Positions 40,353 to 49,836 of a stretch of 64,000 bases of DNA are shown one piece after another. Positions within the stretch are counted from its first letter, which is position 1, and every line of letters begins with the position of its first letter. Made by a program: the position numbers and the translations under genes. The DNA lies in the NCBI GenBank assembly GCA_044223005.1, contig JBGAML010000009.1:110785-174784 (forward strand). The letters are read 5' to 3'. This DNA comes from Candidatus Eiseniibacteriota bacterium. GTDB lineage: Bacteria; Eisenbacteria; RBG-16-71-46. The notes below the pieces were generated by a model. It ran no database searches, was not told the origin of the DNA, and saw only the letters and a list, made by a program, of their open reading frames with translations.

Positions 40353-41282
40353 TCAGCGCCCTCCGCGGCCGCCGAGGCGGCCGAGCGCCACGCGCGCGAG
40401 GCGCAGCGGGTCGAAGTCCCAGCGCACGCTCTCGGCGGCGCAGCGCAGCGCGCGCACCGGGTCGTGCGTGCGGTCCATGAAGTCGCGCGCGAGACCCCAC
40501 AGGCGCCGCGCGAGGATGCGGCGGTAGACGCCACCCTCGCGCTGCGCGAGCGGGCGATGGTGCCGCGCGAACAGCTGCTCGTACGCCGCGAGCAGCCGCG
40601 GCCAGTTGGACGTGATGCTGCCGGCGGTCTTGATGTAGCGGTAGAGCGCGCCCGGCGCATACACGGGCGAGAGCCCGGCCTGCAGCATGCGGATCGAGAG
40701 CTCCCAGTCCTCGTACGTGCGGAACGCCGGATCGTAGCCGCCCAGCGCGAGCACCGTGTCGCGGCGCAGCAGCACCGTGCGTTCGACGAAGTTGCGTTCG
40801 AGCATCGCCGGCAGCCAGCCGCTCGTGGGCGGCGCCGGCAACTGCGTGCGGAACACCTCCTCGCCGGTGCCGTCCTCGGCGACGCGCACGATGTCGCTCA
40901 CGCACCAGCACGAGCCCGGCACCGCGTCGACGGCGGCCTTCGCGAGCTCGATCGCGCGCGGGTCGAGTTCGTCGTCGGCGTCGAGCGGCACGACCCATTC
41001 GCCCCGCGCGGCGCGGAAGCCCGCGTTGCGCGCGCCCGAGAGCCCCGCGTTCGCCTGTCGCACGAGCACGATCCGCCCGCTCGCGGCGATGGCGTCGAGG
41101 ATCTGCGGCGTGCGGCCGTCGCGCGAGCCGTCGTCCACGACCACGATCTCGAGCGGCCGCACCGTCTGCGCCTCGACCGACTTCAGCGAGCGCTCGACGA
41201 GCTCGCCGCAGTTGTAGGCGGGAATGCAGATGCTGACCGCGCCCGGGACGGGCGAGGGGCTCGAGCCGGCGGTCGCGCTCAT
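40353..41282 (-). CDS. Glycosyltransferase family 2
   Basis: SICIPAYN, VVDDGS, NAGLSGARNAG, LDADD and EDWEL. Confidence 0.9.
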   Translation of the reverse strand: MSATAGSSPSPVPGAVSICIPAYNCGELVERSLKSVEAQTVRPLEIVVVDDGSRDGRTPQILDAIAASGRIVLVRQANAGLSGARNAGFRAARGEWVVPLDADDELDPRAIELAKAAVDAVPGSCWCVSDIVRVAEDGTGEEVFRTQLPAPPTSGWLPAMLERNFVERTVLLRRDTVLALGGYDPAFRTYEDWELSIRMLQAGLSPVYAPGALYRYIKTAGSITSNWPRLLAAYEQLFARHHRPLAQREGGVYRRILARRLWGLARDFMDRTHDPVRALRCAAESVRWDFDPLRLARVALGRLGGRGGR

Positions 41283-42847
41283 GTGCGGCGGAACCTCGCG
41301 CCGAGCGCCTTCGCGCCGGGCAGCACGTTCCAGAGCCGCGCGATCTCGCGCGGCCCGAGCGTCGCCAGCAGCGAGCCGGCGAGCGCGAGCGCGCCGCCCA
41401 GGACGCCGCCGGCGAGCACGCCCGCGAGCGTGCCCTGGAACAGCGGGCGCGCGAACCAGAGGAGTACGAGGCCCGGCGCCGCGCCGGCGATCGCGAATGG
41501 CAGCGGGCGGTACACCTGCGCGACGGTCGGGAACGTCGGGTCGCCGCGCATGGCGAGCATCACCATGAGCAGATTCTTCACCGCGAGCGCGAAGCTGTTG
41601 CCGAGCGCGAAGCCCAGCGGCCCGAGCTTGAAGACCAGGGCCAGCACGAGGCTCAGCGACACGTTGAGCACGGCCACCACGATGTCGGCGGTCGCCACCC
41701 AGCCGATCTTGCCGCGCGCCGTGAGCGCCATGAACACGGGGCTCAGCGCGCCCTCGATCACGGCGGGGCCGAGCATCGCGATCAGGTACTTCGTCGAATC
41801 GCGGTACTCCGGCCCGACCCAGCGCAGGAGGAAGAGATCGCCCACGACGCAGGGCGTGAAGCACATGGGCACCGACACCGCCGTCATCACCGCCACCGTG
41901 CGGAGCAGCGCCTGGCGGCTGCGATCACTCTCGCCCTTGGCCTCGAGCATGGTGAAGAAGGGCGTCAGCCCGGAGGTGAGCGCGAACAGCAGCCCGAGCA
42001 CGATCGGTGTCCACCGAACGCCCAGCGAGTAGTGCGTGATCGCCGTGGGGCCGAACAGCCGCCCGATGAACAGGTTGTCGGCCGCCACGTAGAGCAGGAT
42101 CGCGATCTGCGACACCAGCGCCATGCCGCCGTAGCGGAACAGTTCGCCGCGGATCTCCGGCGTGCCGACGCTGAAGCGGGGGATCACCGCGCCCACCGTG
42201 CCGCGGCGCTGGCCGACGATGGCGGTGGTGAGCATGCCGACGAGTTCGGTGGCGACGAGCGCACCCGCGTAGACCGGCAGGCTCGAGCGGAAGAACGTGA
42301 GCGCGGCGAACACGAACGCCATGCGGATCCAGCCCTGCGCGATCTGGATGCGCGAGAGCGCGGCGACGCGGCCGGTCACGTAGATCGGCACCGCGAGCAC
42401 GATCGCGAGGTCCGTGATCACCGCGGCGAGGATCTGCAGCGCGACGCCGAGCGAGGCCTCGGGCCGGAGCGCGCGGTCGAGGTGCAGGTAGGCGGTGATC
42501 GGCCACGCGAGCGCGAGGCCGAGCAGCAGAACGAGCGTGCGCAGCAGCATCGTGAGCCAGAAGCCGGCCGCGTAGTACTGGCGCGCCTTCTCGTGCTCGC
42601 CCGCGTGGTGATTGAGCGTCACGTAGCGCTGCATCGCGGCGCCGACGCCGCCGCGCACGAGCGAGAGGTAGTCGTAGAGCGAGCCGATCACCACGACGAC
42701 GCCGTAGATCTGCGCCGTGAGGTGCCGCAGCACGAACGGCGTCAGGATCAGCGCGACGACGAGGATCGAGAGGCGCGCGCCGACGGCCGTGATGGCGTTG
42801 CGGGAGGCGTGCGAGGCGAGGCTCTTGCTCGCCGGCGGCTCGCTCAT
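41279..42847 (-). CDS. Wzx-type oligosaccharide flippase
   Basis: About 12-14 hydrophobic segments; LTPFVLRHL..YG, DNLFIGRLFG...HYS; coupled to the GT2 and GT4 genes. Confidence 0.8.
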   Translation of the reverse strand: MSEPPASKSLASHASRNAITAVGARLSILVVALILTPFVLRHLTAQIYGVVVVIGSLYDYLSLVRGGVGAAMQRYVTLNHHAGEHEKARQYYAAGFWLTMLLRTLVLLLGLALAWPITAYLHLDRALRPEASLGVALQILAAVITDLAIVLAVPIYVTGRVAALSRIQIAQGWIRMAFVFAALTFFRSSLPVYAGALVATELVGMLTTAIVGQRRGTVGAVIPRFSVGTPEIRGELFRYGGMALVSQIAILLYVAADNLFIGRLFGPTAITHYSLGVRWTPIVLGLLFALTSGLTPFFTMLEAKGESDRSRQALLRTVAVMTAVSVPMCFTPCVVGDLFLLRWVGPEYRDSTKYLIAMLGPAVIEGALSPVFMALTARGKIGWVATADIVVAVLNVSLSLVLALVFKLGPLGFALGNSFALAVKNLLMVMLAMRGDPTFPTVAQVYRPLPFAIAGAAPGLVLLWFARPLFQGTLAGVLAGGVLGGALALAGSLLATLGPREIARLWNVLPGAKALGARFRRT

Positions 42848-42978
42848 CGTGGCTGGAGGCTCCCGTCCCGGAAGCGCCGCGGGTGCGGCGGGTAGGTGGA
42901 CCGCGCGAAGCTCTTGCGGACTCGTCGGCCCGTGGCGTCGGGCGGTGTTCGCGGGCTCCGTTCCATGGAGCGGGGCAG

Positions 42979-43007
42979 AGCAAAGCCGAGAGCCCGTGCA
43001 GTGTCAA
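42979..43007 (-). promoter_or_regulatory. Candidate promoter of the wzx-GT2-GT4 operon
   Basis: Minus strand TTGACA-N17-TTTGCT (perfect -35, weak -10). Confidence 0.4.
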
Positions 43008-43068
43008 CGCCGCCGGGAGTTATCGGCCGGATGGGTCCGCGGGTTCGGCCCCGTCGCGGCAGGCCCGC

Positions 43069-44238
43069 TCAGCGGGCCCGGCGGCCGCTTTCGCGCCAGA
43101 GCCGCATGAACACCGGGAACGCCCGCAGCCGGTCGCGCCGGAACGGCGAGGAGACCAGCTCGATCACGAGCCACGCGCCGTAGACCCAGCACAGTTCCTC
43201 GCGCCACGTCGGGTGCAGGAACTGCGCGAACCAGAGCGCGAAGAGGCCGAGCGCCTCGTAGGCCGCGAAGTTGAAGTTGGAGAGGATCACCACGCCGAGG
43301 ATGCCCTGCAGCAGCGTCAGCACGAGCTCGACGCGATGGGTCGCGAGCGGCACCGAGGCGGGATGCCCGAGCGAGAGCGAGTAGACGATCGGGATCATCG
43401 CGGCGAGCACGGTCCACTGGTTGATGTTGCTCGACGCCATGTTCATGAGCGCCATGCCCGCCTTGTCCCGGCCGCGCGCCCAGTAGGTCGTCGTGACGAA
43501 CTCGGGGAACTCCGACAGGAACGGCGCGACCCACTGGACGAACACGAACTGCGAGACGCCGAGCACCGTGGCGAGCCCGATCATGCTGGCGAGGAACGGC
43601 GTCGCGGCGAACCACAGCAGCACGGCACCGCCGACGAAGAGCACGACGATCGCGAGCACGCGCCACGGCGCCGGCAGCCCGACGATCGTGCGCGGCACCC
43701 ATTCCGCGTCGCCGACGTCCTCCGATTCGCGCGGCGGGATCCGCTGCAACAGGGCGAGGTAGGCGCCGTAGAGCGCCAGCAGCACGGCCGCGTCGACGAG
43801 CCCCAGCGAGCCCTTCGCGATCACGAAGGCGAAGTAGGCGAGCGCGGGGACGAGCCCGACGACTTCGACCGCGTGCTCCTCGTCGAGTTCGATGCGCGTG
43901 AAGAAGCCGCGCTCGCCGCGCGCGCGGCGGGCGAGGGCGAAGACCGTCCAGATGACCGGCCAGCCGAGGCCCGTGAGCAGGCGCAGGGCGCCCGTGAAGT
44001 TGGCCGTCATGAGCGGCACGTCCTGCTGCCACGCGATCGCGGCCTCGACGGCGAACTCGGGCAGCACCTGCACCCACGCGAGCACCGCGAGCGCCAGGCC
44101 CTGCGAGACGTAGAACTGCGCGGCCTCGGCGGCCCATGCGACGATGAAGGCGCTCGAGAGGATCGACGGGAACGTCCACACCGCGGATGTGGCGGCGCGG
44201 CGCGCGTCCTCGGGCGAGAGATCCGAGCCGGGGATCAT
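43069..44238 (-). CDS. Cation/Ca2+ exchanger (Na_Ca_ex) family antiporter
   Basis: Multi-TM, with alpha-repeat motifs VLPEFAVE...ANFTGA and SEFPEF...NMASSNINQW. Confidence 0.8.
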   Translation of the reverse strand: MIPGSDLSPEDARRAATSAVWTFPSILSSAFIVAWAAEAAQFYVSQGLALAVLAWVQVLPEFAVEAAIAWQQDVPLMTANFTGALRLLTGLGWPVIWTVFALARRARGERGFFTRIELDEEHAVEVVGLVPALAYFAFVIAKGSLGLVDAAVLLALYGAYLALLQRIPPRESEDVGDAEWVPRTIVGLPAPWRVLAIVVLFVGGAVLLWFAATPFLASMIGLATVLGVSQFVFVQWVAPFLSEFPEFVTTTYWARGRDKAGMALMNMASSNINQWTVLAAMIPIVYSLSLGHPASVPLATHRVELVLTLLQGILGVVILSNFNFAAYEALGLFALWFAQFLHPTWREELCWVYGAWLVIELVSSPFRRDRLRAFPVFMRLWRESGRRAR

Positions 44239-44349
44239 GCCCGGGGATCGCTCGCGTGCGGGCGGCGGGCTCGGTTCGGGGTCACGGGCACCTCGCGCTC
44301 TCCGTCGGGGTTGCGGAAGGATCGAACGCGCCGATAGTGTGCGAGCCCC

Positions 44350-44988
44350 ATGACAGCGTCAAGATCCGCACTCCCGCCCGCGCTGCGCGCGCTCTGCACG
44401 TTCGCCGGCGCGATGGCGCTCGCGCGCGAGGCCGAGGCCACGCGCGCACTCGCCGCCGCACGTGCGGCCGGCGCGACGCGCGCGCAGGCCGAGGAGTGCG
44501 CGCTGATGCTCATGCTCTACGCCGGCTACCCGGCCGCGCTCGAGGGCCTGCGCGTGCTGAACGCCGCGTGGCCCGGCCGCGCGCGTGCCCGCGACGCGGG
44601 CGATCCGCGACGCTGGCGTGCCGCGGGCGAGCGGCTGTGCGCGCGCGTCTACGGGCCCGCGTACGCGCGGCTCGTGCCCGCGGTCGCAGCGCTGCACCCG
44701 GATCTCGCGACGTGGATGCTCGAGCACGGCTACGGCCGCGTCCTGTCGCGGCGCGGACTCGGTGCGCGCGAGCGCGAACTGCTCACGGTCGCCGCGCTCT
44801 CGGCGCTCGCGTGGCCGCGCCAGCGCGTGAGCCACCTGCTCGGCGCGCTGCGCGTGGGGGCATCGCCCGCGGCGGTCGAGGCCGCCATGCTCGCGGGCGC
44901 CCGCGCGGCCGGCCCGGCGGCGGTCGCGGCGGCCCGGGCGGAGTGGAAGCGGCTCCGGGCGACCGGGGCGCGTGCCCGCACCGGTTGA
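44350..44988 (+). CDS. Carboxymuconolactone decarboxylase (CMD/AhpD-like) family protein
   Basis: LYAGYPAA, EHGYGRVLSRRGL..RERELLTVAAL and HLLGALRVG. Confidence 0.75.
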   Translation: MTASRSALPPALRALCTFAGAMALAREAEATRALAAARAAGATRAQAEECALMLMLYAGYPAALEGLRVLNAAWPGRARARDAGDPRRWRAAGERLCARVYGPAYARLVPAVAALHPDLATWMLEHGYGRVLSRRGLGARERELLTVAALSALAWPRQRVSHLLGALRVGASPAAVEAAMLAGARAAGPAAVAAARAEWKRLRATGARARTG

Positions 44989-45058
44989 GTCCGCTCCCGC
45001 GCCGGCGGGCCGTTCCGCATCCCCGGAGCGCGACCGGCATCGCAAGGTGTCCGCGCCG

Positions 45059-45087
45059 TTGACCCTGCGGGAACGCCCTCCTAGGAT
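45059..45087 (+). promoter_or_regulatory. Sigma70 promoter of the bsh operon
   Basis: TTGACC-N17-TAGGAT. Confidence 0.7.
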
Positions 45088-45097
45088 GCTTGCGCTC

Positions 45098-45181
45098 ATG
45101 CCCTGTCCCGAAGCCGACTGTCCTGCCTGCCACGTGGTCGCGTGGACGACTCGCTCGCGCTCGACGCCCGTGCCGCGGTGA
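45098..45181 (+). CDS. Candidate Cys-rich leader peptide MPCPEADCPACHVVAWTTRSRSTPVPR (27 aa)
   Basis: ATG 10 nt after the -10 box; its TGA overlaps an in-frame bshC GTG (GTGA 45178-45181). Confidence 0.5.
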   Translation: MPCPEADCPACHVVAWTTRSRSTPVPR

Positions 45182-46797
45182 CGCCCGCCGCCCTGCGCGT
45201 CCTCGCGCGCGTCGCCGGACGCGCCGAGGCTCCTTTCGACCTGCTCCGCGATCCGGTCACCGCCGACCTGCTGGCGGGAGGGCCGGTCGCGCGCGAGCGG
45301 TTCGTCGGCCGCTGGACCCAGGACGACGCCCTGCGCGCGCTCGTCGACGCCAAGCGCGCGCCGCTGCCCGAACCGCTCGCGCGCGAGCTCGCCGACTACC
45401 ATCGCCGCCTCGGCGCCTCGCCGGCGTCGCTCGCCGCTCTCGATCGGCTCGCGCGCGGCGAGGCCGTCGCCTCGGTCGCGGGCCAGCAGCCCGCGCCACT
45501 CGGCGGCCCGCTCTATTCGCTGCACAAGACGGCCTCGGCCTGCGGCATCGCCGCCGCGGTCAGCGCGCGTACCGGCGCGCCGTGCGTGCCGCTCTTCTGG
45601 ATGCACGGCGAGGATTCGGACTTCGCCGAGATCCGTCACGCGTCCGTCGCGGACGCCGCGTGGGTGGTGCACGACCTCGCGCTGCCCGACGACGCGCACG
45701 CCGACGGCGGCATGGTCGGGCACGTGCCGGTCGCGCCGCTGCGCGCGCTCGCGGACGCCGCGCTCGCACACTGGGACGGCCTCGCCGGCCGCGCGGACGT
45801 CGCGGCTCTGCTCGAGCGCGCACTCGCGCCGGCGCGCGACCTCGGCGAGGCGACGAGCGCGCTGCTGCTCGCGCTCTTCGCGGACCAGGGCCTCGTCGTG
45901 ATCGACCCGCGCCTGCCGGCCTTCCGCGCCGCGGCGCGCACGGTGATCGACCGCTATCTCGCGAACGCCGATGCGCTGCAGGCCGCGGCGCGCGCGGCGG
46001 GGGACCGGCTGCAGTCGCTCGCGGGCCGGCGGCCGCTGTCGGACGCCTCGCTCGAATCGTTCGTGTTCGAGGTGCGCGACGGCCGCCGGCACAAGCTCGC
46101 CGCCGCCGAGGCCCGGGCGGCCGGCCTCGTGCTGAGCCCCAGCGTGGCGCTGCGGCCGGCCGTGCAGGACGGCGTGTTCCCGACCGTCGCGATGGCCGTC
46201 GGGCCCGGCGAGATCGCCTACCTCGCGCAGCTGCGCGAGGTGTTCGAGGGCGTCGGCGTGAAGCCCGCGCTGCTCGTGCCGCGCTTCGGCGCCACGTGGC
46301 TGCCCGCCGAGGGCTTGACGCTCGCCGCGGCCGCGGGAGCGGAGCCGTGGAGCGTCGTCGCAGGTGCCGACGCGGTGCTCGCGCGCGTCGCGGACGCGCG
46401 CATCCCGGCCGACCTGCGCGACGGGCTCGAACGCGCGCGCACCGCGGCGCTGGAGGGGCTCGCGAGCTTCTCCGAGGCGTCGCGGGCGCTCGATCCCAGC
46501 CTGCCGCAGATGGTCGAGTCGGCGCGCGGCAAGGTGGACTTCCAGTTCTCTCGCCTGCACGAAGGGCTCGCGGGCAAGGCGCGCGCGCGGCTCGACCGCG
46601 ATCATCCGGCGTGGCGGCGGCTGCGTTACGTGCTGCTGCCCGGCGACAAGCTGCAGGAGCGCCGCATGGCTTCGCTCGAGCCGGTGGCGCGCGCGGGGCT
46701 GCGAACCGTCACGGGTCTCGCGCCCCTCGCGGCCGAGCACGCGCTCGCCGCCGCGCGCGGCGTGCACGAACACCACGTCCTGGAGCTCGGCGCATGA
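45178..46797 (+). CDS. bshC: Bacillithiol biosynthesis cysteine-adding enzyme BshC (alternative start GTG 45142)
   Basis: AGQQPAPLGGPLYSLHK, PLFWMHGEDSDFAEI, SPSVALRPAVQD, GPGEIAYLAQL and LQER. Confidence 0.9.
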   Translation: MTPAALRVLARVAGRAEAPFDLLRDPVTADLLAGGPVARERFVGRWTQDDALRALVDAKRAPLPEPLARELADYHRRLGASPASLAALDRLARGEAVASVAGQQPAPLGGPLYSLHKTASACGIAAAVSARTGAPCVPLFWMHGEDSDFAEIRHASVADAAWVVHDLALPDDAHADGGMVGHVPVAPLRALADAALAHWDGLAGRADVAALLERALAPARDLGEATSALLLALFADQGLVVIDPRLPAFRAAARTVIDRYLANADALQAAARAAGDRLQSLAGRRPLSDASLESFVFEVRDGRRHKLAAAEARAAGLVLSPSVALRPAVQDGVFPTVAMAVGPGEIAYLAQLREVFEGVGVKPALLVPRFGATWLPAEGLTLAAAAGAEPWSVVAGADAVLARVADARIPADLRDGLERARTAALEGLASFSEASRALDPSLPQMVESARGKVDFQFSRLHEGLAGKARARLDRDHPAWRRLRYVLLPGDKLQERRMASLEPVARAGLRTVTGLAPLAAEHALAAARGVHEHHVLELGA

Positions 46798-47507
46798 GTG
46801 ATGCCCTCTTCTTCGGCGCGCATCCCGACGACGTCGAACTGACGAGCGGCGGCCTCGCGGCGCTGCTGGCCGAGCAGGGCCACGCGGTCGCGATCGCCGA
46901 CTTCACGCGCGGCGAGATGGGCACGCGCGGCGACGTCGCCACGCGCACGCGCGAGGCCGAGGCGGCCGCGCGCGAGCTCGGCGTCGCGTCGCGCGAGTGC
47001 CTCGACCTGCCGGACTGCGGCCTCGATCGCGCGGACCGCGCGCAGCTGGTCGCCGTGGTGCGCTGCCTGCGCCGCCACCGTCCGGCGCTCGTGGTCGCGC
47101 CCGACGCCGACGACGCGCATCCCGACCACGTCGAGGCCGCGCACCTGGTCGCGCGTGCCTGCTACCTGTCCGGACTCGCGCGCTACCCGGCCGAGGGCGA
47201 GCGCTTCCGGCCCGCGCGGCTGCTGCACGCGATCTACCGCGCCGGGGTGCGGCCGCACCTGGTCGTCGACGTGACGCCGGTATGGGAGAAGCGCATGGCG
47301 GCGCTGCGCGCGCACCGCAGCCAGCTCGATCCGGCGGCCGGTCCGTCCACGTACCTCACCGCGCCCGGTTTCCTCGCCGAGGTCGAAGGCCGCGGCCGCG
47401 CGCTCGGTGCGCTCGCCGGCGGCACGTTCGGCGAGGGCTATCGCTCGCGGGGGCCGCTCGCCGTCACCGACGTCCGCCTGCTGCTCACCGGAGGACCTCA
47501 CGCATGA
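46794..47507 (+). CDS. bshB1: N-acetylglucosaminyl-malate deacetylase BshB1
   Basis: GAHPDDVEL, TRGEMGTRG, HPDH and AHRSQ; lies between bshC and bshA. Confidence 0.9.
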   Translation: MSDALFFGAHPDDVELTSGGLAALLAEQGHAVAIADFTRGEMGTRGDVATRTREAEAAARELGVASRECLDLPDCGLDRADRAQLVAVVRCLRRHRPALVVAPDADDAHPDHVEAAHLVARACYLSGLARYPAEGERFRPARLLHAIYRAGVRPHLVVDVTPVWEKRMAALRAHRSQLDPAAGPSTYLTAPGFLAEVEGRGRALGALAGGTFGEGYRSRGPLAVTDVRLLLTGGPHA

Positions 47508-48685
47508 CGCCGTCCCGCACGCCGAAAGCCGCGGTCGCACCGGCGAAGAAGCGCCGCACGCTCCGCCGGCGCAAGCAGCGCATCGGCATCAGCTGCTACG
47601 CGCACTTCGGCGGCAGCGGCGTGGTCGCGAGCGAGCTCGCGCTGGAACTCGCGCACCGCGGCTTCGAGGTGCACCTGATCGCGTCGCGGCTGCCCTTCCG
47701 CCTGCGCAGCTTCGAGTCGAACATCTTCTTCCACGAATCCTCGCCCGCGTTCTACCCGGTGTTCGAAGACGCGCCGTCCAACCTGGCGCTCGCGACCAAG
47801 ATGGTCGAGGTGGTGGAGAACTACTCGCTCGACGTGCTGCACGTGCACTACGCGATGCCGTTCGCGACGAGCGCCTACCTCGCGCGCCAGATCATGCTGC
47901 CGCGCCACCTCGGCGTGGTCACGACGCTGCACGGCACCGACATCACGGTCGTCGGCGCGGAGCCGTCGTTCTTCCGCGTCACCCAGTTCAGCATCCAGTC
48001 CAGCGACCGCATCACATCGGTGAGCCGGTTCCTCAAGGAACGGGCGGAATCCACGTTCGGCATCACCCGGCCGATCGACGTGATCTACAACTTCGTCGAC
48101 CCCAACGTGTTCTCCCCGCAGAAACACGGCCGGATGCGCCTGGCCGGACCCGACACCAAGGTCCTGATGCACGCGTCCAACTTCCGTCCGGTCAAGAACA
48201 TACCGGCCGTCATCCAGACGTTCGCCGAGGTCCGGGCCCAGATGCGGGCCAAGCTGGTCATGGTCGGGGACGGCCCCGAGAAGGCGGGGGCCGAGCAGCT
48301 GGCCCGCGAGCTCGGGGTGCACCGGGACGTGCTTTTCCTCGGAAACCAGGACTGCATGGAGGAATTGCTCCCGCTGGCCGATGTATTCCTATTGCCGAGC
48401 TCCACGGAGAGTTTCGGGCTGGTGGCCCTCGAGGCGATGTGCGCGGAAGTGCCGGTCGTCGCCTCGAATGCGGGTGGCCTGCCCGAGGTCGTGGAGCACG
48501 GTTTCACCGGTTTCCTGCACGACCCCGGCAACGTCGCCGGCTACGTCCAGTCCGTGCTGAAGCTGCTCGGCAACGAGTCGCTCCGGCGGACCATGGGCCG
48601 CCGAGGGCGCCGGATCGCCCGTGAACGCTTCACCGCGGACGAGATGGTCGGGCGTTACGTCAAGGTATACGAGTCGTTGCGCTAG
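47504..48685 (+). CDS. bshA: N-acetyl-alpha-D-glucosaminyl L-malate synthase BshA
   Basis: CYAHFGGSGVVASEL, LHVHYAMP, TTLHGTDITVVG, HASNFRPVK and ESFGLVALEAM. Confidence 0.94.
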   Translation: MTPSRTPKAAVAPAKKRRTLRRRKQRIGISCYAHFGGSGVVASELALELAHRGFEVHLIASRLPFRLRSFESNIFFHESSPAFYPVFEDAPSNLALATKMVEVVENYSLDVLHVHYAMPFATSAYLARQIMLPRHLGVVTTLHGTDITVVGAEPSFFRVTQFSIQSSDRITSVSRFLKERAESTFGITRPIDVIYNFVDPNVFSPQKHGRMRLAGPDTKVLMHASNFRPVKNIPAVIQTFAEVRAQMRAKLVMVGDGPEKAGAEQLARELGVHRDVLFLGNQDCMEELLPLADVFLLPSSTESFGLVALEAMCAEVPVVASNAGGLPEVVEHGFTGFLHDPGNVAGYVQSVLKLLGNESLRRTMGRRGRRIARERFTADEMVGRYVKVYESLR

Positions 48686-48753
48686 CCTCGGCCCGCGGTC
48701 GCGGGCGGACGCAGCGACCGTGGTTCGACCTCGAGGCTGATCGAAAGGTCCGG

Positions 48754-49836
48754 ATGCTCGGGAAGCGCAGACGCCTGGCCGTGCTGGCCGAAGGGAACTT
48801 CAACGCGACCGACGCGAAGACCGCCGTCGGCGTGCTGCGGTATCGCCCGGAGGAAGTCGTCGCCGTCATCGATTCGACCCGCGCGGGGCGCACGGCTCAG
48901 TCGTGCGCGGGCGTCGGCGGCGAAGTGCCCGTCGTCGCGAACCTCGAAGCCGCGTCGCAGTACGACGCAGACACGCTGCTGATCGGCATCGCGCCGCAGG
49001 GCGGCGCACTGCCGGCCTCCTGGCGCGGCGTGGTCGCCGAGGCGCTGCTGCGCGGCTGGGACGTGATCGCCGGGCTGCACGCGTTCCTGGGCGACGACGC
49101 CGAACTTGCCGCACTCGCCGAATCGCAGCGCTGCCAGATCCACGACCTGCGCCGCCCGCCGGCGCGCCGCCCGATCGCCGCGCGCCGCGCGGCGGGGCTG
49201 GACGCGCTCGTGGCGCTCACCGTGGGCAGCGACTGCAACGTGGGCAAGATGACGACCGCGCTGGAAATCCGGCTCGAGCTCGAGAAGCGCGGCGTGCGCA
49301 CGGCGTTCGTCGCGACCGGCCAGACCGGCATCGCGATCGCGGACCAGGGCATCGCCGTCGACGCCGTGCCGTCCGACTTCGTGGCCGGCATCGTCGAGGA
49401 GATGGTGATCGAGGCCGCGCGCGACGCCGACATCGTCGTGGTCGAGGGCCAGGGCGCGCTGCAGCACCCGGCCTACTCGGGCGTGGCGCTCTCGCTGCTG
49501 CACGGCGCCTGCCCGGACGCGCTGATCCTCTGCCACCAGCAGGGGCGCACGCAGCTTCGGATCGTCGACGCTGGTCCCGCGCCGCGCATCCGACCGCTGT
49601 CCGAGCTGATCCTCGACAACGAGCGCGCCGCGAGCTGGCTCGCGCCGGGGCGCGTGCTGGGGCTCTCGCTCAACACGATCCAGCTGGAAGAGGCCGAGGC
49701 GAAGCGCGCGATCGAGAACGCGGCGCAGCGCACCGGCCTGCCCGTGACCGATCCGGTGCGTTTCGGTGCCGAGCCGCTGGCGGTGACCCTGATGCGCCGG
49801 CTCGAGGAGAGGAGACGGCGTGCGGATTCGGCTTGA
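48754..49836 (+). CDS. DUF1611 family P-loop protein (DgcN-like D-glutamate N-acetyltransferase)
   Basis: AKTAVGVLRY, TVGSDCNVGKMTT, ATGQTG and VEGQGALQHPAYSGV..LLHG. Confidence 0.85.
   Translation: MLGKRRRLAVLAEGNFNATDAKTAVGVLRYRPEEVVAVIDSTRAGRTAQSCAGVGGEVPVVANLEAASQYDADTLLIGIAPQGGALPASWRGVVAEALLRGWDVIAGLHAFLGDDAELAALAESQRCQIHDLRRPPARRPIAARRAAGLDALVALTVGSDCNVGKMTTALEIRLELEKRGVRTAFVATGQTGIAIADQGIAVDAVPSDFVAGIVEEMVIEAARDADIVVVEGQGALQHPAYSGVALSLLHGACPDALILCHQQGRTQLRIVDAGPAPRIRPLSELILDNERAASWLAPGRVLGLSLNTIQLEEAEAKRAIENAAQRTGLPVTDPVRFGAEPLAVTLMRRLEERRRRADSA

Noticed and set aside
45119..45133. CPACH in the leader ORF as a heme c attachment site
   Set aside because: A 27-aa peptide without an export signal would not reach the periplasmic heme ligation machinery.
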